Origin: an uncultured Candidatus Saccharibacteria bacterium
Lineage (GTDB): Bacteria; Patescibacteriota; Dojkabacteria; SC72; WJKH01
Assembly (NCBI GenBank): GCA_964602665.1
Contig: CAZRRH010000003.1
Location: 66,963 to 130,962, forward strand
Direction: 5' to 3'
Length of the DNA: 64,000 bases
Below the pieces are notes generated by a model. It ran no database searches, was not told the DNA's origin, and saw nothing but the letters and a program-made list of their open reading frames with translations. Positions 9,532 through 17,616 of this stretch are shown here, piece by piece (position 1 is the first letter of the stretch; every line of letters starts with the position of its first letter). Made by a program: the position numbers and the translations under genes.

Positions 9532-9654
9532 TTCTGGTCCTCCTCGGAGGTGTCCAACAATCCTACAAACGCATGGAACGTAAACCTGAACAACGGCAAC
9601 ACGAACAACAACAATAAGACAAATACAAACGCTGTGCGTTGTGTTTCTCGGGAC
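9532..9654 (+). repeat. DGR template repeat (TR)
   Basis: 123-nt copy of the VR that is rich in AAC/AAT codons. Every VR/TR difference is an A in this copy. Non-coding position between target gene and avd. Confidence 0.85.
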
Positions 9655-9666
9655 TTATTTTCAAGC

Positions 9667-10029
9667 CTATACGCTTTTTTGTTTCTGAGCCCATGTATAC
9701 CACCCGTAAAGCATTTTGGCGATCTCTTCGTTTTGAGACATTATGTAAGTGTATTGTTTATGAGTGATAAGTTTTAGTTCATGAGCCATACGCAGTCTTG
9801 ATTTCAGTTTGTCAAATGAAGCTGAGGTATTGCGAATGGTCTTAGTTTTCTCAATGTTTGACAGGACATTAGTTGAAATAATCCCATCGAGTACATCCCA
9901 TGTACATTTAAGAATATCTTGTCCAAGTGTGTACTTGTATTCCTTCCTGAAGTTTTTCACAAGTAGATACAAATATTTCAAAAGCTTGTACACGGCTATA
10001 TATAAGGGGAGTTCATCTAAATTGCTCAT
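9667..10029 (-). CDS. avd: DGR accessory variability determinant (Avd, four-helix-bundle protein)
   Basis: 120 aa. N-terminal LPLYIAVYKLLKYLYLLVKNFRKEYKYTLGQDI matches the Avd/four-helix-bundle consensus (LPVYK...KNFPKEEKY.L..QI). Overlaps the RT gene by 4 bp. Confidence 0.8.
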   Translation of the reverse strand: MSNLDELPLYIAVYKLLKYLYLLVKNFRKEYKYTLGQDILKCTWDVLDGIISTNVLSNIEKTKTIRNTSASFDKLKSRLRMAHELKLITHKQYTYIMSQNEEIAKMLYGWYTWAQKQKSV

Positions 10030-11228
10030 TTTTGTTTTTTAACTAAAATAAAATATGAAAAATTGTCATCTATTGGAACCAAGTAATTTTTCAAAGTTCC
10101 AAAATGATTTTCATACAGATCTCTACGAAGATTGAAGCAGTTTGCATGTTTAAAATGTCCGTAGTAAGAATTAACCATAGCTAACATCTTTTTAAGCTCC
10201 TTTTCTGTCGGAGGAGTAGATAATGGTAATGCCATCTGTTTTTGATTTTGGGAAACAAGTAGTTTTCCTTTATTGAAATAGTGAAGCTTTGTTTTGAGGT
10301 TTTGAACAACACGCTTTCGAGCAAGTGCATATTTAGGCTTAACTATATAACCAATGAAATCTATTCCCGAATAAACGGAGTTGTATTTATCTTTGTTCGG
10401 ATGAAGTGTCAGTTTTAGTCTTTTCTGCAAAAATGTGTCAATTTGGTCTCTCCATGATTTGATCTTATCAAGATCATTTGAAAGAATGATAAAATCATCG
10501 ACATATCGGACGTAATATTTGATTTTCAATTCACGTTTTATAAATTGATCGAGCTCATTCAAGTACACATTAGCAAAAAACTGAGAAGTAAGATTCCCTA
10601 TAGGAAGCCCCTTGTCTTTCCCAGCATTAAAAAGCGTTTTGTGGGGCGGTATCTGTTTTAAAAGTGCCTGATCGCCTTTAAAGTAGAAATTCTTAGTTGG
10701 ATTATGATTAATAATTATTTGGGTAAGCCAGATTAAATCAGCTTGTTTTTTGATAGGAAAATTTCTCATAATATATCTGATTATGATTTTTTTCAAAATA
10801 TCCTTGTCAATGCTTGCAAAAAAGCTTCTGATATCAAACTGACCGTAGTAAGCTGTGATCGTGTTGTTTTTAGTTGCAGAGCGGATCATTTTTTGAGTAT
10901 AGGTAATTGCTAATTGTAAGCCTTTCATTTTTCTACAGGCAAAAGAAGCATATATAAAACTTTTTTCAAAATATGGCTCTAGGGTAGAAACCAACAAGTG
11001 ATGAACAATCCGGTCTCTAAAGTCAGCTGCAAAAACTTCTCTCAATTTGGGGTATGTGACAACAAAACAAATAGATCTATCAGGTTTATATGTTCTATCT
11101 TGCAGTTCTTCAAAAAGCTTCAGTAAATTTGACTCGAATTTCATTTCGAACCTAAGGGCGTTGATAGTAGTTCTTTTATTCTTTCTGCATGAGTAATATG
11201 CTTTTAGTAAATTTTCGAGTGTAAACAT
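10026..11228 (-). CDS. DGR reverse transcriptase
   Basis: 400 aa. RT motifs including YVRYVDDFIIL (the YxDD box). Lies downstream of avd and adjacent to the TR/VR pair. Confidence 0.9.
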   Translation of the reverse strand: MFTLENLLKAYYSCRKNKRTTINALRFEMKFESNLLKLFEELQDRTYKPDRSICFVVTYPKLREVFAADFRDRIVHHLLVSTLEPYFEKSFIYASFACRKMKGLQLAITYTQKMIRSATKNNTITAYYGQFDIRSFFASIDKDILKKIIIRYIMRNFPIKKQADLIWLTQIIINHNPTKNFYFKGDQALLKQIPPHKTLFNAGKDKGLPIGNLTSQFFANVYLNELDQFIKRELKIKYYVRYVDDFIILSNDLDKIKSWRDQIDTFLQKRLKLTLHPNKDKYNSVYSGIDFIGYIVKPKYALARKRVVQNLKTKLHYFNKGKLLVSQNQKQMALPLSTPPTEKELKKMLAMVNSYYGHFKHANCFNLRRDLYENHFGTLKNYLVPIDDNFSYFILVKKQK

Positions 11229-11503
11229 AGAATAATCTTTGAATGATTATTTTTCTAATTGATATTACCATTAAACTGATTGTTATGAAATGGCTTTTTA
11301 TTATTTTGTTTTTGCACATCATGTTTTTATTATTGCGATAAGCCTGAAGATAAAAATAAAGAGATCGAGCATAACATATAATTACATAAAAAATCTTTAC
11401 CAAGTAGTTTAGATTTTCTTCATTTATATCTTTTTAGCAAGCAGAATCGGCAATATGTATAGTTCATAGACAAAGATTGACATAATTAAAAAAATTAGCT
11501 ACA

Positions 11504-12676
11504 ATGCTTAGTATGAAAAAATTAACAAAAATTTATCTTTTTCTTTTAATATTTTTATTACTTCCTCCAATTGCCTTCGCTTCTTCACCAACCTATCTTG
11601 GAGGAACAGCCAATGTTCCAAGTACGGCGGGTTCGTTATATCTAAATACGAACAATGCATCAGTATCTTTAGATACTGAAACTGGAAATCTTTCAGGTTA
11701 TGGATGGTCAGATGATATTGGCTGGATTGATTTTGATAATGCAGGTGAAATTGCAACTTCAGCAAAAATAAACATGACAACAGGTATATTTGAGGGAAAG
11801 GCTGTAGCAGTAAATACAGGTAAATATCTTGATTTCTCCAATTATGGTAGCAATGTAAAACTGAATTTTGGCTTGAAAGAAATCACAGGTTATGGTTGGT
11901 CTGAAGATATTGGCTGGATAGATTTTAATGGAGTAATACTATATAGTGCAGATAGTGCAATTAAACCAGTTATAACTCAAATAGGGCTTATAAAAAGCAT
12001 TCCTGACAAAGATAAGCTTTACTACTATTTTACAGCAAATAGGGTTCGTATATGGGGAACCAGTGAAAAATATAGTGAAATCTTCTTTGCACATTCAAAT
12101 GGAACAACATACAAAACTCAGGCAGATATTGATGGTAAATTTTATATAGTAATTGATCTATTGAATGGAGAGAATGAATTAACATATTACAGTATTAATC
12201 TCGCATCAAATCGTTCAATAAATAAGATTTTAATATTAAATATTGATCCAACATACGGTTTAAAAACAGGAAATAATGGAGAACTAATACCGGAAGTTCA
12301 AATTGTAGAAAGTTCTGAGATAGAGACGGAAACTGTAAAGGAAAATTCTGAGGAAGTTACTCCGCCAATAGAAGCAAAGAAAATAAGGGTTATTGATTTA
12401 GATGGTAATCCGATAATAAATAAGCTAATAACGATAGAGGGAATAGATTACATCACTGATTCTTTTGGATACATCTATATAAACGAAGAGATAGTAGGAG
12501 ATTTTGTTCTTTACGACGGAAAATCTTATCCTATTAAGCTATCAGGAGAGGATCTAATTTTGGATTTATCAAGTCAGAAAGGAAGTTTTAACTATCTGTA
12601 CTGCTTTTTCCCTTTGATAGCTTTACTACTTATCGTTTTGACAGTGGTTATTGTCCGTAGAAAAAAGATATCATAA
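11504..12676 (+). CDS. secreted/cell-surface repeat protein with C-terminal membrane anchor
   Basis: Signal peptide (LFLLIFLLLPPIAFASS). Two GYGWS(D/E)DIGWIDF(D/N) repeats. C-terminal hydrophobic helix plus RRKK tail. Confidence 0.45.
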   Translation: MLSMKKLTKIYLFLLIFLLLPPIAFASSPTYLGGTANVPSTAGSLYLNTNNASVSLDTETGNLSGYGWSDDIGWIDFDNAGEIATSAKINMTTGIFEGKAVAVNTGKYLDFSNYGSNVKLNFGLKEITGYGWSEDIGWIDFNGVILYSADSAIKPVITQIGLIKSIPDKDKLYYYFTANRVRIWGTSEKYSEIFFAHSNGTTYKTQADIDGKFYIVIDLLNGENELTYYSINLASNRSINKILILNIDPTYGLKTGNNGELIPEVQIVESSEIETETVKENSEEVTPPIEAKKIRVIDLDGNPIINKLITIEGIDYITDSFGYIYINEEIVGDFVLYDGKSYPIKLSGEDLILDLSSQKGSFNYLYCFFPLIALLLIVLTVVIVRRKKIS

Positions 12677-12749
12677 AAGATTTCACTTGCTTCTTGTAAG
12701 GTTAGATTTATTGTATAATTTACTCAATGTAATTTTTTTAAGGCCTAAT

Positions 12750-12857
12750 ATGCAAAATAAGCATTATTTAACGGCTGAAAAGATTAGAGAGATAAAGGCA
12801 GAGTTAACAATACTCAGAGTTAGTTTATCCAGTTTTTTATCCTGTGGGACAGGGTAG
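12750..12857 (+). pseudogene. possible greA N-terminal remnant
   Basis: A 35-codon frame, MQNKHYLTAEKIREIKAELTILRVSL..., resembles the N-terminal coiled-coil start of the two GreA paralogs in this window (YELTREKILQLRKELFIL). It stops after 35 codons. Confidence 0.25.
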
Positions 12858-12920
12858 GAGAAATTTACCTTGTGCAATTAATAGAATAAGAAAGATTATA
12901 GAATATTAGATTCTTAGAAA

Positions 12921-14540
12921 CTATTTTTTTAATATCAAATATGCCTTTTGGGAATCTAGTTTAAAATCATTACCTGTAAAACCGTTATCTCTTTTTAGAA
13001 AACAAGAGAACTTGTTGTTTTTTAAATCACAAATCGTCGCAATATCATTATTCTCACTCGAATTAATGAAATCTTTTGCTGTCTTGTATTCTGTTATTCC
13101 AATTAAATTCCATCCTTTTTTCGCTGTACTAGTATCAAAATTAGAGAAATTACCAATTAATGAAATTTCTTTATCTGTTTTACTTTTAATATATACTCCA
13201 AATCCATTTGGTATTTCTAAATTGTTTTTATTAGATAAAAAAATCCATTGTCCTGAATCTAATGAACTAACAATTAAATCTTTATCATTAATTAATTGCT
13301 CTAAGGAGTAGTTTGGTAAATTTATTAAATTACCACCCTTTTTAATAGATATTTTATTAATATTAAAATACGGATTTTTATAAGAAGTAAAATTTCCTTT
13401 GATTGTAAAAAAAAGTTCTTTTGATGTTGGCTCTAACTTTTCTTTATTTATATCAACCCAGCGTTCAAAAACGACCTCGTTTTTCTTAACGTAACCAACA
13501 ATCATTGTTGATCGAATATCTAATGCTTCCCCATTTGTGGGAATAATGGCTTTTCGTATTTCCTCTTCTGATTCCAATCCATCGTAAGGAAGACCAGTTT
13601 CAGTAAACAAAGGAATTCCATCAACTACTTCTTTTTTGTCAAAATGTGTATGTCCACTAAACATTGCGACAAATTTATCGGAGCAATTTAAGGCCTGTAC
13701 AATGTTCACATCTCTGTGACCATCATGATTGAGTAAAACAGTTGGAAGATTACCTGTGTAACCACACACTTCTGATTTTAATTCATTAAATTTGTGTGGG
13801 ACCTCTATATTATTTGTTATGTCCCATCCGAATATAACAAATCTTATGCCTCCGCGTTCAATTGAATATACAGAAGACATTTCTTTTTCACTGCAATATT
13901 GTGTATTAATAATATCTTGATTAAACTCTTTGTAACCTGTTTTTTTTAATGCTGTTTCGTAGTTTATACTTTTGTAATTCTCTCCAAAATGTAGATCAAA
14001 GAAATCATTTGGTTCTCCCCAGTAAGTGTGAGCTCCGTTACATATGTCATTTCTTGTTCCGTCTAATAGCGTATATATATTTTCATAAGTATCAACGCCG
14101 TTTAAAGTATAAGGCCTTTCTAAGACTTTTTGTACATCGTGATTGCCTGGCACAAAATGAATTTCAGTAAAAGGAATTGATTTATCCATGCCTAATTGTC
14201 TATATTGTAAATCTATCATTCCTTTTAGTGGTTGATATCGATAATCAGATATTTTATTAAGATGTTGATTCCAGCCTGCATCACCAAGGTGTAATATGAG
14301 ATTAGGATTTTCATTTGCAATCATTTGAAAATATGAATCAAAAAAATGCTGATCTTTTGCATGGGTATCATTTATTATTACAAATGTCCATGGAGTAAAA
14401 TTTTCGGTTGCATCTGATTTTTGTTCTGAAATGTTTATTGTTTTGTATAAGTAAAAGCTTAAGAGAAAAGAAGAAATCAGAAAAACAACCATTAGTATTA
14501 TTTTAGTTTTATTTTTATGTGTTGAAACAAATTTTTTCAT
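12921..14540 (-). CDS. membrane-anchored calcineurin-like metallophosphoesterase
   Basis: N-terminal TM. Phosphoesterase motifs INDTHAKD, LGDAGWNQ, FVPGNHD and FSGHTHFD. Confidence 0.6.
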   Translation of the reverse strand: MKKFVSTHKNKTKIILMVVFLISSFLLSFYLYKTINISEQKSDATENFTPWTFVIINDTHAKDQHFFDSYFQMIANENPNLILHLGDAGWNQHLNKISDYRYQPLKGMIDLQYRQLGMDKSIPFTEIHFVPGNHDVQKVLERPYTLNGVDTYENIYTLLDGTRNDICNGAHTYWGEPNDFFDLHFGENYKSINYETALKKTGYKEFNQDIINTQYCSEKEMSSVYSIERGGIRFVIFGWDITNNIEVPHKFNELKSEVCGYTGNLPTVLLNHDGHRDVNIVQALNCSDKFVAMFSGHTHFDKKEVVDGIPLFTETGLPYDGLESEEEIRKAIIPTNGEALDIRSTMIVGYVKKNEVVFERWVDINKEKLEPTSKELFFTIKGNFTSYKNPYFNINKISIKKGGNLINLPNYSLEQLINDKDLIVSSLDSGQWIFLSNKNNLEIPNGFGVYIKSKTDKEISLIGNFSNFDTSTAKKGWNLIGITEYKTAKDFINSSENNDIATICDLKNNKFSCFLKRDNGFTGNDFKLDSQKAYLILKK

Positions 14541-14556
14541 TGAGTTATTTTCTTAA

Positions 14557-15030
14557 TTAGTTGTTTTTTACTTGAGCCCAATTCTCTAAAAACTCTTGCA
14601 AAAAAACAGTCGCAGCGAGTGAATCAATCTTGGACTTGGAGCTTTTTTGGTTTTGACCCGAATCCTTTAAAAGTTCATAAGCGTTCTTCGTTGACATACT
14701 CTCATCATATTCAAAAACTGCAAGTCCAAAATGATCAGAAAGAGCCGATTTTAGAGATTCAAGCTCTTTTTTAAAAGAAACCTCTTTATTTGCTAGAGCA
14801 GAAGGATTACCAACTAAAAACGATTTAATTTGCCACTGATTCACATAGGGATCAAGGTGTGCGATCAAATTCTTGACACAGCTATCTTTTTTGATAGAAA
14901 TTACACCAACTGGGGTGGCTAATTTGCCGTTGAAATCAGAAACTGCAAGCCCAACTCTTTTTGTACCGTAATCGATTGCAAGAACAGGGAAGTCTAAGAT
15001 TTGTTTTTTTTTAGTTACTTTAATACTCAT
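14557..15030 (-). CDS. ruvX: putative pre-16S rRNA nuclease / Holliday-junction resolvase-like YqgF
   Basis: N-terminal LAIDYGTKRVGLAVSD motif (RNase H-like YqgF). 157 aa. Downstream of alaS, a conserved neighbourhood. Confidence 0.75.
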   Translation of the reverse strand: MSIKVTKKKQILDFPVLAIDYGTKRVGLAVSDFNGKLATPVGVISIKKDSCVKNLIAHLDPYVNQWQIKSFLVGNPSALANKEVSFKKELESLKSALSDHFGLAVFEYDESMSTKNAYELLKDSGQNQKSSKSKIDSLAATVFLQEFLENWAQVKNN

Positions 15031-15731
15031 TTTTTACCTGTTTCTAATTTCCTTTTAGTCTCTCTCAAAGCGATTTTAGGAAGAGAATTAATATTGGCAT
15101 CAAGATATTTTTTTACCTCTGCTTTATGATTCTTAATTAATCCGCGAAGTGCCCAAGAGACAGCTTTTGTGATCAAAACATCTTTTTCTAATTTGAGCTT
15201 ATCGATATTCGCAAATAGAGTGTCAGATAATCTTTTGTCTTCACTTCCTCTGACGGATTTAATTAAAAGAACAAGGGATGCTCTTCTTTTAGATATGTAC
15301 TTGCTCTTTACGAATTTATCAACTAATTTCTCCCATTCGCTCCATCTTGATAAAACCTCATCGTGCCCAAATGATGATTGGCATAAAGTGTCTATTTCGC
15401 ACCAGCCTTGTCTTTTCTCAAGCCATTTATCGAGCAGATTCACATCAATTTCCTTGCGATGACTTGGAAATGCAATTAAAAGAGATCCTACAAGCATTTT
15501 CTCCTCAAAAGATTCTCCATCATTTAGGCTGTTTAGTAATTCGTAAAAATCCTCTAAGGACATATCTTTATTGGCTTTTTTGAACTCTCGAATTAATAAT
15601 TTGCAAGAAGAGGAGGGGAGATTGTAGACTTTATTAGGTGTGCCAAGATATCTGTTAATATTTTTATATCCTGTTACGCTTTTGCTCGCTTTTTGAATCT
15701 TTTCTAATAACTCTTGATGTAATTTGTTCAT
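15027..15731 (-). CDS. DNA alkylation repair enzyme-like (AlkD/AlkC HEAT-repeat family) protein
   Basis: 234-aa all-helical protein with W/R-rich conserved positions (ITKAVSWALRGL). Family assignment is from memory only. Confidence 0.35.
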   Translation of the reverse strand: MNKLHQELLEKIQKASKSVTGYKNINRYLGTPNKVYNLPSSSCKLLIREFKKANKDMSLEDFYELLNSLNDGESFEEKMLVGSLLIAFPSHRKEIDVNLLDKWLEKRQGWCEIDTLCQSSFGHDEVLSRWSEWEKLVDKFVKSKYISKRRASLVLLIKSVRGSEDKRLSDTLFANIDKLKLEKDVLITKAVSWALRGLIKNHKAEVKKYLDANINSLPKIALRETKRKLETGKK

Positions 15732-15734
15732 ATT

Positions 15735-17546
15735 TTAAGCTAAAACTGCTTTTATCCTTTTAACTCCTGCGCCGACATTCTCCTGCTTAAGGATTTTAAT
15801 TCCGCCAATCTCGCTTGTATTATTAACATGAGGTCCATTGCAAAATTCTGCAGAGTAGGGATTTGTTGGATCACCGATAAAATATACTTTAACAATATCG
15901 CCGTATTTCTCGTCAAAAACAGCTGTTGGGACAATTTTGCGTCCCTCTTCTTTTGGCATCTCTTTAAATGAAACTGGAAGAGCATTTTTTATTTGCAAAT
16001 TAATTTCATCTTCAACTTCTTTTATCTGTTCATCTGTTAGCTTGTTCTCATTTGGGAAGTCAAATCTTAGTCTTTCTGTTGTTATATTACTTCCTTTTTG
16101 ATAAACATGATCACCTAATGTTTTTCTTAGAGCAGCTAGTAATAGGTGAGTAGTTGTGTGATATTTCTTTGATGTGTCACTTGTATCTGCCAGACCACCT
16201 TTAAATAAGCCTTTTGATGCAGTGCGAGATAATTCTTGGTGCTCGGATTGTTTCGCATTAAATTTTTGAGCGATTTTATCTTTATCAATAGATATGGAGG
16301 CGTTATTTAGCTCCTCTATAAACATTTCAAAAGGAATTCCGTAGCTTTCATATAATTTAAAAGCAGTTTCTCCTGCACTATTTTCAATTTCTGAAGGAGA
16401 ATTTGTTTTTATGTACTTTTCGATTATTTTCAAACCATCTCTTAAGGTGTTTCTAAATTTTTTCTCTTCATTAGATATTATTGAAATTATTTCGTTCTCT
16501 TTCTCTTTTAATTTCGGATATAAATCTTTAAATTGCTCAATACAGATTTTTGCAACATCTTCTGTAAAAGATTTCTCTATCCCTAAAATATTGCCATATC
16601 TTACTGCTCTTCTAATTAATCTTCTCAAGATGTATGATTGTTGCGTTCTTCCTGGCGTGACGCCGTCCATGCAAAGCCAGGTTGCGCTTTTTATATGATC
16701 TACAACAACTCTCTCTGCCTTTTGATTTTTTATAGATGAAATTGATTGGACATATTTTAGAATTGGCAAGTAAATATCTGTGTCATAAAAGGATTTAACA
16801 TTCTGTGAATAAATAGTTAATCTTTCTAATCCTCCTCCAAAATCGACATTATGCCTTCCTAATGGTAAATATTTGCCGTCTTTGAGCAAATATTCCATAA
16901 AGACATTGTTGCCAAGCTCAACATATTTTCCGCAATCGCAGTTAATATGACAATCTTTGCCACAAGGCTCTTTGCCTGTATCGTAAAAAAGCTCGCTTGT
17001 TGGGCCACAAGGACCACCAGTTGCTAATCCCCACCAATTTTTTTTCTTGTCATAAGCTCGAATTCGCTCTCCATCTCCTTCTTTTGCATCAATTCCGTAT
17101 GAAGAAAAAATATTTTTGAGTATGTCTACCGATTCTGTGTCTTTTGGAGCGTCTTTATCTCCTTGGAATACCGTTGCATAAAGATTTTTTATATCATAGC
17201 CCAGATGTTTGATTAGAAATTCAAACCAATTTTCCAAAGCGTCTTTTTTAAAATAATCATTTAAAGACCAAGAGCCAATCATTTCAAAAGCTGTGCAGTG
17301 CGAATCGTCACCGACCTCTTCAATATCATCAGTTCTTAAGCATCGCTGAACATTTGTTAATCTTGTCCCCAATGGATGAGTTTCGCCTAGTAAAAACGGT
17401 ACCAGCGGAAACATTCCTGCTGTAACATAAAGTACAGAAGGATCATTCTCTGGCAATAGTGATACATTCTCAATTTTTTTGTGGCCCTTTTCGATCATGA
17501 ATTGAGTGTATGAATCTCTGATTTCTTTGTAGCTTAGTTTTTTCAT
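15735..17546 (-). CDS. alaS: alanyl-tRNA synthetase, short form (catalytic plus editing HxxxH region, no C-terminal extension)
   Basis: N-terminal YVTAGMFPLVP, QRCLRTDD and HCTAFEMIGSWSLNDYFK class-II AlaRS motifs. HTTTHLL editing motif near C-terminus. Only 603 aa. Confidence 0.85.
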   Translation of the reverse strand: MKKLSYKEIRDSYTQFMIEKGHKKIENVSLLPENDPSVLYVTAGMFPLVPFLLGETHPLGTRLTNVQRCLRTDDIEEVGDDSHCTAFEMIGSWSLNDYFKKDALENWFEFLIKHLGYDIKNLYATVFQGDKDAPKDTESVDILKNIFSSYGIDAKEGDGERIRAYDKKKNWWGLATGGPCGPTSELFYDTGKEPCGKDCHINCDCGKYVELGNNVFMEYLLKDGKYLPLGRHNVDFGGGLERLTIYSQNVKSFYDTDIYLPILKYVQSISSIKNQKAERVVVDHIKSATWLCMDGVTPGRTQQSYILRRLIRRAVRYGNILGIEKSFTEDVAKICIEQFKDLYPKLKEKENEIISIISNEEKKFRNTLRDGLKIIEKYIKTNSPSEIENSAGETAFKLYESYGIPFEMFIEELNNASISIDKDKIAQKFNAKQSEHQELSRTASKGLFKGGLADTSDTSKKYHTTTHLLLAALRKTLGDHVYQKGSNITTERLRFDFPNENKLTDEQIKEVEDEINLQIKNALPVSFKEMPKEEGRKIVPTAVFDEKYGDIVKVYFIGDPTNPYSAEFCNGPHVNNTSEIGGIKILKQENVGAGVKRIKAVLA

Positions 17547-17616
17547 ATGTTTATTATACCATTGCTAAGAACAGAAAAAAAGGGTAGGAGAAAGGACTTG
17601 GATAGAAGATAAGAAA

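Larger units (their letters stand above)
8199..11228. mobile_element. diversity-generating retroelement (target-VR, TR, avd, RT)
   Basis: All four canonical components are present and the VR/TR pair shows adenine-specific divergence. Confidence 0.85.

Noticed and set aside
9417-9777. ORFs 9417-9617 and 9514-9777 on the plus strand
   Set aside because: They overlap the DGR TR and its leader. The second is just the TR read in the VR frame (NAWNVNLNNGNTNNNNK...). TRs are non-coding, so these are not genes.
12846-17595. Shared motif GGGTAGGAGAAA at 12849-12860 and 17583-17594
   Set aside because: Two copies only, in unrelated contexts (3' of the phosphoesterase gene and 5' of alaS). Probably a chance 12-mer.
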